DNA of 63,598 nucleotides, counting the filler. It is 3 parts of 3 records of this genome, joined end to end, with 100 filler letters (N's around TTAATTAATTAA, not from the genome) between each part and the next. Parts side by side here need not be neighbours in the genome. Positions count along the whole stretch, not along the records: positions 45,519 to 63,598 come from DRR378314_339; 2 more parts are not named here. The stretch is one strand, 5' to 3'. Positions 48,846 to 58,728 of this stretch are shown here, piece after piece. The notes below the pieces were generated by a model. That model searched no databases. It was not told where the DNA came from and worked only from the letters and a program-made list of their open reading frames with translations. The position numbers and the translations under genes were made by a program. The first letter of the stretch is position 1, and each line of letters opens with the position of its first letter.

Positions 48846-49607
48846 TTAATCGCGGATGCGCCATCCGGTCCTGAATATCCACCAGATCACATAGAGGCAA
48901 ATGCCGGTGAAGACACCGATGGCAAGCAGGCTGGTGACAATCGGCACATCCGCCGCCCCGTAAAACGCCCAACGAAAGCCAGAGATCAGATAGACCACCG
49001 GGTTAAACATCGAAATCGACTGCCAAACAGAAGGCAGCATCGAGATGGAATAGAACGATCCGCCCAGAAAAACCAAAGGTGTGACGATCAACAGCGGCAC
49101 GATCTGAAGCTGTTCAAAATTCCCCGCCCAGATGCCAAGGATAAAGCCGAACAGTGAAAAGCTGATGGCGGTGAGGACAAGGAAGGTCAGCATTGCAATC
49201 GGATGTTCAATGCTGAAATCGACAAAAAAGAAGGCGGTGATCAGGATAATAACCCCGATGATCAGTGCCTTGGTCGCGGCGGCCCCCACATAGCCCAGCA
49301 CAATTTCCAGAAAGCTGATCGGCGCGGCCAACAGTTCGGAAAATGTCCCGATGAATTTCGGGAAATAGATGCCGAAAGACGCGTTTGAAATCGACTGGGT
49401 GATGACCGTCAACATAATCAGCCCCGGCACGATAAAGGCCCCGTAACTTACCCCGTCAACCTCTTGAATGCGGCTGCCGATGGCCGCCCCGAAGACCACA
49501 AAATACAGCGAAGTCGAAATAACCGGCGCAAGAAAGCTTTGTGCAATCGTGCGGAAGAACCGATGCATTTCAAACAGGTAGATGGATATTACCGCTGTCC
49601 AGTTCAT
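48846..49607 (-). CDS. ABC-2 type transporter permease (YadH-like)
   Basis: [19 protein letters not shown] and [12 protein letters not shown]; overlaps the ATPase stop. Confidence 0.9.
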   Translation of the reverse strand: MNWTAVISIYLFEMHRFFRTIAQSFLAPVISTSLYFVVFGAAIGSRIQEVDGVSYGAFIVPGLIMLTVITQSISNASFGIYFPKFIGTFSELLAAPISFLEIVLGYVGAAATKALIIGVIILITAFFFVDFSIEHPIAMLTFLVLTAISFSLFGFILGIWAGNFEQLQIVPLLIVTPLVFLGGSFYSISMLPSVWQSISMFNPVVYLISGFRWAFYGAADVPIVTSLLAIGVFTGICLYVIWWIFRTGWRIRD

Positions 49608-50554
49608 GCCGCATCCTCCGCGCCGGTCTTGGGTTCACCCTTATGGACAAGGTTCACAAATATCTCCTCAAGACTGGATTGGCGCGTCACCAGATCACGC
49701 AGGGTCAGCCCCTCTTGGGCAACAGCGGCCAGCAAGGATGTGATGCCTGTCCGTTCGGCGCGTGTGTCATAGGTGTAGATCAACGCCCCGTCCTTCGATA
49801 GGCGCAGGTCGTCTGATTGCAAGGCCGGTGGGATCTCTGAAAGCGGCTCACTCAGCTGCACCTCCAGCTCCTTCTGGCCCATCCGGGCCATCAGCTTGTC
49901 CTTATCCTCAACCAGCATCAGCTCACCCTTGGCAATCACCCCGACACGGTCGGCAATGGCCTCGGCTTCTTCAATGTAATGGGTGGTCAGAATGATCGTC
50001 ACACCCGCCGCCTTCAGCCCTGCAACAATTTCCCACATGTCCTTGCGAAGCTCCACGTCAACGCCAGCAGTGGGTTCATCCAGAAACAACACCCGCGGGT
50101 CATGTGACAGCGCCTTGGCAATCAAAACGCGCCGCTTCATGCCGCCCGAAAGCTCTCTGATCTGACTGTCTTTCTTGTCCCAGAGCGACAGCTGGCGCAG
50201 GACTTTCTCCATGGTGCCATCATCACCCGCTTTGCCAAACAACCCGCGTGAAAACCGCACTGTGTTGATCACCCGCTCAAAGGGTTCCAGATTGATCTCC
50301 TGCGGCACCAGCCCGATCATCGAGCGCGCTGCGCGATAATCATCCTTGATGTCATGCCCGCCAACCGCAACCGTCCCTGAACTGGCCGTGGTAATTCCGC
50401 AAACCGTTGAAATCAGAGTTGTTTTTCCAGCGCCATTCGGCCCGAGAAGCGCCAGAATTTCGCCTTCGCGAATGTCCAGTGTGACACCTTTGAGCGCCTC
50501 AAAACCACCCTTATAGGATTTCTTGAGGTCTTTGATCTCGACTATGTTACGCAT
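49604..50554 (-). CDS. ABC transporter ATP-binding protein (YadG-like)
   Basis: Walker A GPNGAGKT, signature LSGGMKRR, Walker B FLDEPT; likely start MRNIVEIK. Confidence 0.93.
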   Translation of the reverse strand: MRNIVEIKDLKKSYKGGFEALKGVTLDIREGEILALLGPNGAGKTTLISTVCGITTASSGTVAVGGHDIKDDYRAARSMIGLVPQEINLEPFERVINTVRFSRGLFGKAGDDGTMEKVLRQLSLWDKKDSQIRELSGGMKRRVLIAKALSHDPRVLFLDEPTAGVDVELRKDMWEIVAGLKAAGVTIILTTHYIEEAEAIADRVGVIAKGELMLVEDKDKLMARMGQKELEVQLSEPLSEIPPALQSDDLRLSKDGALIYTYDTRAERTGITSLLAAVAQEGLTLRDLVTRQSSLEEIFVNLVHKGEPKTGAEDAA

Positions 50555-50614
50555 GCTGTCGTCCTTATTCCGGCCCACATCCTAGACCGGATGTGCAGGA
50601 GTAAACAGGTGCGT

Positions 50615-51127
50615 TTACTCTTTTGAGCGCCCAAACCAGCCTTTTTTCGCCGGGGCCTCTTCACCGGTGCCCGCCACATCATCCGCAGGGCCTTCCAGTG
50701 TGGATTGCAGGTTCTGGAAAAACTGGTCCGCCATCTTTTTGGCAAAACCGTCAATGATCCGGCTGCCCAATTGGGCAAGCTTGCCGCCCACCTTGGCCTC
50801 CACATCATAGGTCAGCTCTGTGCCACCATCCTTGCCAACCAGCCGCACTTCCGCACCGCCCTTGGCAAAACCCGCAGCCCCCCCTTTGCCCGTACCGTCA
50901 ATTTTCAACGAGGTGTCAGGCACCAGATCGGAAATGGTCACCTCCCCCTTGAAGGTTGCCTTCACTGGTCCAACTTTCTGAACCACAGTGGCAGTAAAAC
51001 CTTCCTCCACCGAGCCGGTAACCTCTTGCGCACCGGGCACGCAGTTTTTCAACATTTCAGGATCCAACAGCGCGGCATAGACCTGCGCGGGCGGGACAGC
51101 AATCTGGCGGGTGTCGGACATTTGCAT
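50615..51127 (-). CDS. coxG: CoxG / SRPBCC-family protein
   Basis: LLDPEMLKNCVPG, KVGPVKATFKG and VGGKLAQLGSRIIDG; no other cox genes nearby. Confidence 0.85.
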   Translation of the reverse strand: MQMSDTRQIAVPPAQVYAALLDPEMLKNCVPGAQEVTGSVEEGFTATVVQKVGPVKATFKGEVTISDLVPDTSLKIDGTGKGGAAGFAKGGAEVRLVGKDGGTELTYDVEAKVGGKLAQLGSRIIDGFAKKMADQFFQNLQSTLEGPADDVAGTGEEAPAKKGWFGRSKE

Positions 51128-51153
51128 GGGCGTGGCTCCTAAAATGCGGGTGG

Positions 51154-52116
51154 TCAGGCGATCTGGACCACAACCTTGCCCGTGGCTTCACGCCTGCGCA
51201 AGAGATCAAGCGCGTCATTTGCACGGCCCAGCGGCAGAACATTGCTGACATGGGGACTTAGCTTGCCCGCGACATACCAGTCAAACAGGGTTTTGAAACT
51301 GTCGGTCAAGACCGAGGGCCGCAGCTTGGCATAGGCACCCCAATAGAGCCCGATCACAGTCAGGTTCTTGACCAGCAGGATATTTGCAGGGATTTGCGGC
51401 ACCTCACCACTGGCAAAGCCAAGCGGCAGCAGCCGCGCCTCTGGATTGCAGGCCCGCATCGCGGCTTTAAACTGGTCCCCGCCAACCGGGTCATAAACCA
51501 CATCAGCGCCGCCCAACTCCTTGACGATGGCGCGAATATCATCGGTTTCACAATCAATCAGGTGGTCCGCACCGGCGGCCTTGCACACCTGCAGCTTTTC
51601 AGCGCCGCGCGCGCAGGCGATGACCTCCGCGCGCATCAGCTTGCCCAATTCCACTGCCGTCAGCCCCACCCCCCCGGAGGCCCCCAGCACCAACAGGCGT
51701 TCGCCCGCCTTCAGCCCTGCCCGATAGTCCAGCGCCACATGGCTGGTGCCATAGGCGATCAAAAAGGCGGCCGCGTCGACCGACGGCATTTCATCCGGGA
51801 TCGGCACGCAAATTTCGGCAGGTATCGCGGCATATTCAGCCAATCCGCCAATCCCGGCGTAGGCAGCTACCCGCTGCCCCTTGGCAAGGTCTGTGACATC
51901 CGCACCCACCTCGGTCACCGTACCGGCTAGTTCCATGCCGATGGTGAACGGCAGGGGCGGTTTCTCCTGATAGGTGCCCTTGATCATCAGAGTATCGCCA
52001 AAATTCATCCCGCAGGCATCAATCCTGACCAGCACCTCACCTGCACTTGGCCTTGGCATGTCGATTTCCTGCATCGAAAGCGGTTGGTCATAAGCGGTGA
52101 CTTGCATGGCGCGCAT
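51154..52116 (-). CDS. NADPH:quinone oxidoreductase (MDR/zeta-crystallin family)
   Basis: GTYQEKPPLPFTIGMELAG, GASGGVG and the C-terminal TGKVVV. Confidence 0.9.
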   Translation of the reverse strand: MRAMQVTAYDQPLSMQEIDMPRPSAGEVLVRIDACGMNFGDTLMIKGTYQEKPPLPFTIGMELAGTVTEVGADVTDLAKGQRVAAYAGIGGLAEYAAIPAEICVPIPDEMPSVDAAAFLIAYGTSHVALDYRAGLKAGERLLVLGASGGVGLTAVELGKLMRAEVIACARGAEKLQVCKAAGADHLIDCETDDIRAIVKELGGADVVYDPVGGDQFKAAMRACNPEARLLPLGFASGEVPQIPANILLVKNLTVIGLYWGAYAKLRPSVLTDSFKTLFDWYVAGKLSPHVSNVLPLGRANDALDLLRRREATGKVVVQIA

Positions 52117-52194
52117 GGGTTTGGTCCTTGTCTGATCTCACCCCTGAAAATGCTCAGAGCGGGCCGCGAATGACAAGCCATGCGCGGGACAATT

Positions 52195-53550
52195 TTACCC
52201 GACCTTGGTCGGGAAGCGCACATCCACCCGCAACCCCGGCGCATTGTTCTGCAACGACAACTGCGCCCCGTGCAGCCCGGCCACCGCCTGAACAAGGCTT
52301 AGGCCAAGGCCATGGCCCGGCGTCTGACGACTGCGGTCCAAACGGTAAAGCCGCTGCAGGACCTTACCGCGTTCATCTGCCGGAATGCCCGGACCAGTGT
52401 CAGCAACCTGCAAGACCACCGCCCCCTCCTGTCCCCGCAGGGACACGGTGATCTCTGTGCCGCTGGGCGTATGGCGCAGGGCATTTTCAATCAGGTTCGA
52501 CACCATCTGCCCCAGCAAGGCCCGGTCTCCTGGCAGCGCCAGCGGTTCAGCCACCAGATCAAGGGAAAGGTCGTGGCCGCTGGCCACGGCGCTATCCTCA
52601 AATACTTCAACAACCTTGCGACAAACCTGCGTCAGATCCACCGTTTCAAACCGCGCTTTGGGAGAGCCCGCCTCGACCTGTGCCAGCTGTAACAGCGCGT
52701 GAAAAACATGGGTCATGCCGTCCACTTCACCCTGAACCTTGCCCGCCAGCACCGCCGATTCGGGATCATCGGCGACCCTGTCCGACAGATCCTGTACATA
52801 TAATGCTACCCGTTGCAGCGGGGTACGAAGGTCATGGGCAATATCCGACGTGACATCCCGCAGCGCCCCCATCTGCGCCTCTTGCGCCGCCGCCATCTGA
52901 TTCAGCTTCCCGCCGATCCGCACCAGATCATCTGACCAACGCGGACCAATCTGCACCCTTGCGCCCAGATCACCACTGGTCATCTTATCCAATGCGGCCC
53001 CGACAACTTCAACATGACGTTTGGAGCGCCGCGCAAGGATTAGCCCCCCCGACAGGGCAATCAGCACCGTGGGCAGCAGGCTGATCAACAGAATATTCAC
53101 AAACACCCCGCGCAGCGCGACAATCTCTGCGCGGCTGCGCGCGATGGTTATCACACCACCATAAAGCGGGTTGGTCAGGGACAGATATTCCCCCTCGAAC
53201 TCTGCACGTTCAGGGTTCAGCGAAAAGATGTGAAACCCGCCCTCGTCCTGCGCAATCGCACCATTGCCATATATGCGCCCATCGCGCGCGACATAGCTTA
53301 GGATCAACCGGCCCGGATCCGCAGCGCGGGATTCCGCCTCGACCAGCTGCGCCACCGCGCGTGCAGAGGGGGCCGCACGAAACCCGGCCAGATCCTGTTG
53401 CAGATCCGCCCGGATGGTCTCCTCAAACGAGGATTGGGTCACGGCGTAGCTGGCCGCGAGGCTCAACAAGCTGACCGTCGCAAACAATGCCACCAGCAAG
53501 ATTGCCAGCCGTAGGGGCATCGACCGCCAGATATGGCGCAATCGCGTCAC
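52195..53550 (-). CDS. Membrane sensor histidine kinase (two TM helices, HAMP, HisKA, HATPase)
   Basis: H-box IAHDLRTPL, N-box NLIENALRH, DTGPGIP and GLGLSLV. Confidence 0.93.
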   Translation of the reverse strand: MTRLRHIWRSMPLRLAILLVALFATVSLLSLAASYAVTQSSFEETIRADLQQDLAGFRAAPSARAVAQLVEAESRAADPGRLILSYVARDGRIYGNGAIAQDEGGFHIFSLNPERAEFEGEYLSLTNPLYGGVITIARSRAEIVALRGVFVNILLISLLPTVLIALSGGLILARRSKRHVEVVGAALDKMTSGDLGARVQIGPRWSDDLVRIGGKLNQMAAAQEAQMGALRDVTSDIAHDLRTPLQRVALYVQDLSDRVADDPESAVLAGKVQGEVDGMTHVFHALLQLAQVEAGSPKARFETVDLTQVCRKVVEVFEDSAVASGHDLSLDLVAEPLALPGDRALLGQMVSNLIENALRHTPSGTEITVSLRGQEGAVVLQVADTGPGIPADERGKVLQRLYRLDRSRQTPGHGLGLSLVQAVAGLHGAQLSLQNNAPGLRVDVRFPTKVG

Positions 53551-54218
53551 GCCACGATCCTGTAACCCGCACCGCGCACGGTCTCGATCAACTCCCGGCG
53601 GAACGGTTTGTCCACCTTGGCGCGCAACCGGCTGACATGGGTTTCAACCACATTGGTGCCGGGATCAAACCCGATGTCCCAAACACTTTCCAAAAGCATC
53701 GTGCGGGTCTGCACCCGGCCCTTGCGGCGCATGAGGTGTTCAAGCAACGCGAATTCGCGCGGCAAAAGGTCAATTTCTACATCCCCCCGTGTCACCTTGC
53801 GGGTGATCAGGTTCATCTCAAGGTCCGCAGCCTTCAGCACTGTTTCCGCCTCCAACGCCTGTGGCCTGCGGGCCAAGGCGGCAACACGCGCGGACAGTTC
53901 GCCAAAGGCAAAGGGTTTCGCCAGATAATCATCCGCCCCGGCCTGCAACCCCTCGATCCGGTCCTCAACCTCGCCCAGCGCGGTCAGCAACAGAACCGGT
54001 GTCAATGTCCCCGCCCCGCGCAGGGTTTTGAGCAGTGTCAAACCGTCCACCTCGGGCAGCATCCGGTCCAGCACGATCACCTCATAGCCACCAGAGGTCG
54101 CGGCAATCAGCCCATCCTTGCCGTTTGCCACAAGGTCCACCACATGTCCCTCTTCACGCAACCCCCGCGCGATGTAGCTGCCTGTGGTGGCATCATCTTC
54201 AACAACCAATAGTTTCAT
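53547..54218 (-). CDS. OmpR/PhoB-family response regulator (CusR/CopR-like)
   Basis: MKLLVVEDD, LDRMLP, GADDYLAKPF, TNVVETHVSRLRAK and ETVRGAGY. Confidence 0.93.
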   Translation of the reverse strand: MKLLVVEDDATTGSYIARGLREEGHVVDLVANGKDGLIAATSGGYEVIVLDRMLPEVDGLTLLKTLRGAGTLTPVLLLTALGEVEDRIEGLQAGADDYLAKPFAFGELSARVAALARRPQALEAETVLKAADLEMNLITRKVTRGDVEIDLLPREFALLEHLMRRKGRVQTRTMLLESVWDIGFDPGTNVVETHVSRLRAKVDKPFRRELIETVRGAGYRIVA

Positions 54219-54284
54219 TCGTGCCGTCCGACCCTTGTTCTGCACCCTTTATATAGGCACGGGCCGCCAGACGGCAGAGCGCCT

Positions 54285-54296
54285 TACAAATTTGTA
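54285..54296. promoter_or_regulatory. Palindrome TACAAATTTGTA, candidate response-regulator operator
   Basis: Perfect 12-bp palindrome between the divergent regulator and protease genes; resembles CusR/CopR-type boxes. Confidence 0.5.
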
Positions 54297-54368
54297 TAGG
54301 CCGCCCAATTTCTCTGTAAAGCTGGTGCCTCATATCGGCCTCATCAACGATAACAACGAGGCATTCCC

Positions 54369-55472
54369 ATGCGATCCTTAGTGAAATTTTCCGCCCGTTC
54401 CACCACCGCAGCGCTGACTGCCGCCTTGATTTCGGCCTCGGCCCTGACACTGGCCCCCGCACCCGCCTTTGCGGTGCCCGCCGGTGGCTACGCCGATCTG
54501 GTCGAAGCGGTATCCCCCGCCGTGGTGTTTATCGAAGTCACTGCCAAGGCGACCCCGGCACGGGGGGCGTTGCCCCAAAACCTGCCGCCGCAACTGCGCC
54601 GCCATTTTGAGGGGCTGACACCCGGTCCATCGCAACCGCAGCAGGGGCTTGGCTCTGGCTTTATCATCTCGGCGGACGGGCAGATCGTCACCAACCACCA
54701 CGTTGTCGACGGGGCCGAAACCGTAAAGGTCAAGCTGGCAGACGGGCGCAATTTTGACGCAGAGGTGGTCGGCAGCGACCCGCTGACCGATATTGCCGTG
54801 CTAAAGGTTACCGCAGATGTGGACCTGCCAACGGTGGCTTTTGGCACCTCAAAAGACCTGCGTGTCGGGGATGAGGTTGTTGCCGTCGGCAATCCCTTCG
54901 GATTGGGGGGCACCGTCACCTCCGGTATCATTTCCGCCCTGTCGCGCGACATCCGTTCCGGCCCGTTTGACGATTTCATCCAGACGGATGCAGCGATCAA
55001 CCGGGGCAACTCCGGTGGGCCATTGTTTGACAATGCCGGCAATGTGATTGGCGTGAACACCGCCATCATTTCACCGGGGGGCGGTTCTGTCGGGATCGGC
55101 TTTGCCGTGCCTTCGGATCTGGTGCAGACGGTTGTTGCTGATCTGGCGGACGACGGGTTAATCGCCCGTGGCTGGCTGGGCGTGAACATCCGCCCGATGA
55201 CCGAAGAGGTCGCCGCCGTGCTGGGGTATGACGCCCCAAAAGGCGCGGTGATCGAGGCGGTCAGCAAGGACAGCCCCGCAGAAACCGCTGGTCTGAAGAA
55301 AGGTGACATCATCACCGCGTTTGCGGGCACCCCCGTTGACGAGCTGCGCGACCTGACCCGCGCCGTGGCCACAACCACACCGGAGGAAACCACCGAAATC
55401 ACCGTGCTGCGACGCGGTAAACCGGTCACGCTGGAAGTTACTGTCGGCACACTGGCCCCGGAAGAAACCTGA
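54369..55472 (+). CDS. HtrA/DegP-family periplasmic serine protease with one PDZ domain
   Basis: Signal peptide, GSGFII, TNHHV, DIAVLK, QTDAAINRGNSGGPL and PDZ RGWLGV. Confidence 0.93.
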   Translation: MRSLVKFSARSTTAALTAALISASALTLAPAPAFAVPAGGYADLVEAVSPAVVFIEVTAKATPARGALPQNLPPQLRRHFEGLTPGPSQPQQGLGSGFIISADGQIVTNHHVVDGAETVKVKLADGRNFDAEVVGSDPLTDIAVLKVTADVDLPTVAFGTSKDLRVGDEVVAVGNPFGLGGTVTSGIISALSRDIRSGPFDDFIQTDAAINRGNSGGPLFDNAGNVIGVNTAIISPGGGSVGIGFAVPSDLVQTVVADLADDGLIARGWLGVNIRPMTEEVAAVLGYDAPKGAVIEAVSKDSPAETAGLKKGDIITAFAGTPVDELRDLTRAVATTTPEETTEITVLRRGKPVTLEVTVGTLAPEET

Positions 55473-55484
55473 TTTCAAACCCCT

Positions 55485-55515
55485 TTTGCGCCGCATCTTC
55501 CGGATGTGGCGCAAA
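55485..55515 (+). terminator. Hairpin after the protease gene (possible terminator)
   Basis: tttgcgccgcatc-ttccg-gatgtggcgcaaa forms a 13-bp stem with one G-U pair; there is no clear U-tract. Confidence 0.4.
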
Positions 55516-55639
55516 GGCAATCCTTGCCACAAATCGGCGCACATGATCAGAATTCAGGATCAACCAAGGCGCAAATGAACAATTGACATGATCACAATCG
55601 GGGCGCAGTCACTTGCTGACGCAGCGCAAAAGGCCCCCG

Positions 55640-56569
55640 ATGATCAGTCACCATTTTACTCTGAAACAACTTGAAGCATTGGTCTGGGTTGCGGATCTGG
55701 GCAGCTTTCGCAAAGCCGCCCATCATCTGAACACCACACAACCAAATATCTCTGCGCGGATTGCCGGGATTGAGACCACCCTTGGCCTGCCCTTGATGCT
55801 GCGCGATGCTGGGTCCGTGCGCATGACCCCGCGCGGCAGTGAGGTATTGGCACAGGCGCGGATCATCTTGCAGGAAGCCACCCGGATGATCGAAATCGCC
55901 GGACGGCCCGATTTGGTCGACGACCGTCTGCGCCTAGGGGTGACCGAATTGGTGGCGGCCACATGGCTGCGCCCTTTGATCGTGCGTCTGAAAGAGGTCT
56001 ATCCCAATGTATCTGTTGAATTAACCGTTGATCTGTCGCGCAACCTTGATCGTGAACTTGCATCAAATACGCTTGACCTGGCACTTCAGACTGCCCCTTT
56101 TGGCACAGCGACCAGCGGCAATATTGATATCGGGAACTACGGCTATGTCTGGGTTGCAGCTCCCGCCCTTGCGCAGCAACTGGATGCCAATGATGTCACC
56201 CAAGCGGCGTTGATCAAACATCCCATCCTGACCCACACCCGCCATACCCAAGCCTATCTGGAAGTTGTGGAACATTTTGACACCAAATCCGCAGGGGCCA
56301 TGCGCATTGTGCCCTCCAACAGCCTGTCCGCCGCGATGCATATGGCGATGGATGGCCTTGGCATCGCGGTGCTGCCCCGCGCCTTACTGGCACAGCATCT
56401 GTCAGAGGGCAGTTTAAGCGAAATCCCCCATAGCTGGCGGCCCAGCCCGCTGCGGGTTGCCGCGCGGTATCACGCGGAACGGGCAGCGACATTTGTACGG
56501 GACGCCGCAGAGATTGCAGCCTCTTGTGCAGCAGGCTTTGAGGGAATGCCTTTAGATCAAACCAAGTGA
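55640..56569 (+). CDS. LysR-family transcriptional regulator
   Basis: HTH GSFRKAAHHLNTTQPNISARI and substrate-binding domain LRLGVTE; start may be slightly upstream. Confidence 0.92.
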   Translation: MISHHFTLKQLEALVWVADLGSFRKAAHHLNTTQPNISARIAGIETTLGLPLMLRDAGSVRMTPRGSEVLAQARIILQEATRMIEIAGRPDLVDDRLRLGVTELVAATWLRPLIVRLKEVYPNVSVELTVDLSRNLDRELASNTLDLALQTAPFGTATSGNIDIGNYGYVWVAAPALAQQLDANDVTQAALIKHPILTHTRHTQAYLEVVEHFDTKSAGAMRIVPSNSLSAAMHMAMDGLGIAVLPRALLAQHLSEGSLSEIPHSWRPSPLRVAARYHAERAATFVRDAAEIAASCAAGFEGMPLDQTK

Positions 56570-56645
56570 TCACTGCGATAGAATATAATAATTTGCATCT
56601 ATATAGCCCCGCTTTCTATGCTCCGTGAAAATCGGGAGTTCCAAC

Positions 56646-58724
56646 ATGCAAAAATCATCTGTCCGGCTAGGCGTGGATATCGGCGGCACCTTCACTGATG
56701 TGGTGCTTGAAGTCGACGGGGCCTCCTTTTCTACCAAAGTGCTGACCACCTATGCTGCACCTGAAAACGCGATTATCGACGGGATGCATCAGGTCTGCGC
56801 CAAGGCCGGCGTCACGCCACAGGCCATCACCCAGATCATTCACGGCACAACCCTCGCCACCAATGCGCTGATCGAACGGCGCGGGGCCAAGACAGCGCTG
56901 ATCACCACCGAAGGGTTCCGTGATGTCATTGAAATGCGCACGGAGTCGCGGTTTGAACAATATGATCTGAACCTCACCCTGCCCGAACCGCTCCTGCCGC
57001 GCCAGATGCGCTATACCGTGGCGGAACGCGTTGATGCGCGGGGTGATGTGCTGATCCCGCTGGAAAGGTCCGATGTTGAAGACGTCGTGGCACAGATCAA
57101 GACCGCAGGGTTTGAAAGTGTCGCCGTGGGGCTGATGCATTCCTATCTGAACCCCGCCCATGAACAGATGGTGCGTGAGGTCCTGGCAGAGATGATGCCC
57201 GAGGCCATGGTGTCCCTGTCTTGCGAAGTCTCGCCGCAGATGCGCGAATATGAACGCTTCAACACGGTTGTGGCGAATGCCTATATCAAGCCCCTGATGA
57301 AATCCTATCTGGGCCGTCTTGAGGGCCGCCTTCAGGATGAAGGTGTCGCCTGCAATATTTTCCTGATGCACTCCGGTGGCGGGATTATCTCGATTGAAAG
57401 CGCTGCTGAATTCCCCGTGCGGCTGGTCGAATCCGGTCCTGCAGGTGGTGCGGTTTTTGCGGCGCATATTGCGGCGCGCTATGGTTTGGACAAGGTATTG
57501 TCCTTCGACATGGGCGGCACCACAGCCAAGATTTGCCTGATCAAGAACCAGACCCCGAAAACCAGCCGCGTGTTTGAAGTCGCGCGGACCTATCGTTTCA
57601 AAAAGGGCTCTGGCATGCCGATTTCGATTCCAGTGATCGATATGGTCGAGATTGGCGCCGGCGGCGGATCGCTGGCCCATGTGGATGCCATGCGCCAGAT
57701 CCGGGTTGGGCCGGAAAGTGCCGGATCGGAACCGGGGCCGGCCTGCTATGGGCGTGGCGGTGCCAAACCCGCGGTAACCGATGCCGATCTGGTGCTGGGC
57801 AAACTGGACCCCGACAATTTTGCCGGCGGGTCGATCAAGCTGGACACTGCCGGGTCCGAAAGTGCCCTGACCTCTGTTCTGGGGGATGTGCTGGATATGG
57901 ACGCGGCGACATCCGCCTTTGGTCTGGCCGAGGTTGTCGATGAAAACATGGCCAATGCCGCACGGGTGCATGCGGTCGAGAATGGCGAAGACCTGTCGGA
58001 ATACACCATGATCGCCTTTGGTGGCGCGGCCCCGCTGCATGCCGGGCGGCTTTGTGAAAAGCTGGACGTTGATCGTTTACTGGTGCCGCCGGGTGCCGGT
58101 GTCGGATCCGCCATCGGCTTTCTGCGCGCGCCTTTCAGCTTTGAGGCAAACCGATCCGTCTATATGCGCCTGTCGGATTTCGACGCAGGCAAGATCAAGG
58201 CCCTGCTGGGTGAATTACAAGGCGAAGCCACAGGGTTTGTGCGCAATTGCGCGCCTGATGCGACCATTCTGTCAGAGTTCAAAGCCTATATGCGCTATGC
58301 CGGACAGGGCTGGGAAATCCCGATTGTCCTGACGGCAGAACAAGCCGCCAACCCTGATGCCAAGACATTCGAACGGTTGTTCGCCGAAGACTACGCCAAA
58401 CTGTTTGGCCGCACGGTTGAAGGGTTGGACATTGAAATCACCGTCTGGTCCGCCAATGCCACAACACCGCCCGAACAGGTTGCCAAAGTGACCACCGCAT
58501 CCGCCAAAGGCGCGGCGGCCGTCACCACGCGCCGCCCGATGTTCGATCCTGCTTTGGCCGGATTTCAGGACAGTGCGGTCATCCTTCGGAATGAAATGGC
58601 AGAAGGCACGGAGGCACAAGGCCCCGCGATCATCACCGAGGATGAAACCACCATCATCCTCCCCACCAGCCGCAAGGCAATCCGCCAGCCCGACGGCTGC
58701 ATCGACGTGACTGTGAAAGGCTGA
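56646..58724 (+). CDS. Hydantoinase A / 5-oxoprolinase N-terminal (ATP-binding) subunit
   Basis: GVDIGGTFTD, HGTTLATNALIER, ESGPAGG, FDMGGTT, GAGGGS and AFGGAAPLHA. Confidence 0.93.
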   Translation: MQKSSVRLGVDIGGTFTDVVLEVDGASFSTKVLTTYAAPENAIIDGMHQVCAKAGVTPQAITQIIHGTTLATNALIERRGAKTALITTEGFRDVIEMRTESRFEQYDLNLTLPEPLLPRQMRYTVAERVDARGDVLIPLERSDVEDVVAQIKTAGFESVAVGLMHSYLNPAHEQMVREVLAEMMPEAMVSLSCEVSPQMREYERFNTVVANAYIKPLMKSYLGRLEGRLQDEGVACNIFLMHSGGGIISIESAAEFPVRLVESGPAGGAVFAAHIAARYGLDKVLSFDMGGTTAKICLIKNQTPKTSRVFEVARTYRFKKGSGMPISIPVIDMVEIGAGGGSLAHVDAMRQIRVGPESAGSEPGPACYGRGGAKPAVTDADLVLGKLDPDNFAGGSIKLDTAGSESALTSVLGDVLDMDAATSAFGLAEVVDENMANAARVHAVENGEDLSEYTMIAFGGAAPLHAGRLCEKLDVDRLLVPPGAGVGSAIGFLRAPFSFEANRSVYMRLSDFDAGKIKALLGELQGEATGFVRNCAPDATILSEFKAYMRYAGQGWEIPIVLTAEQAANPDAKTFERLFAEDYAKLFGRTVEGLDIEITVWSANATTPPEQVAKVTTASAKGAAAVTTRRPMFDPALAGFQDSAVILRNEMAEGTEAQGPAIITEDETTIILPTSRKAIRQPDGCIDVTVKG

Positions 58725-58728
58725 ACCC

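Noticed and set aside
50615-51127. CO dehydrogenase locus
   Set aside because: Only a stand-alone coxG-like gene is present, with no coxL, coxM or coxS.
54488-58040. Long minus-strand ORFs 54488-55450 and 56667-58040
   Set aside because: They are antisense shadows of the protease and hydantoinase A genes.
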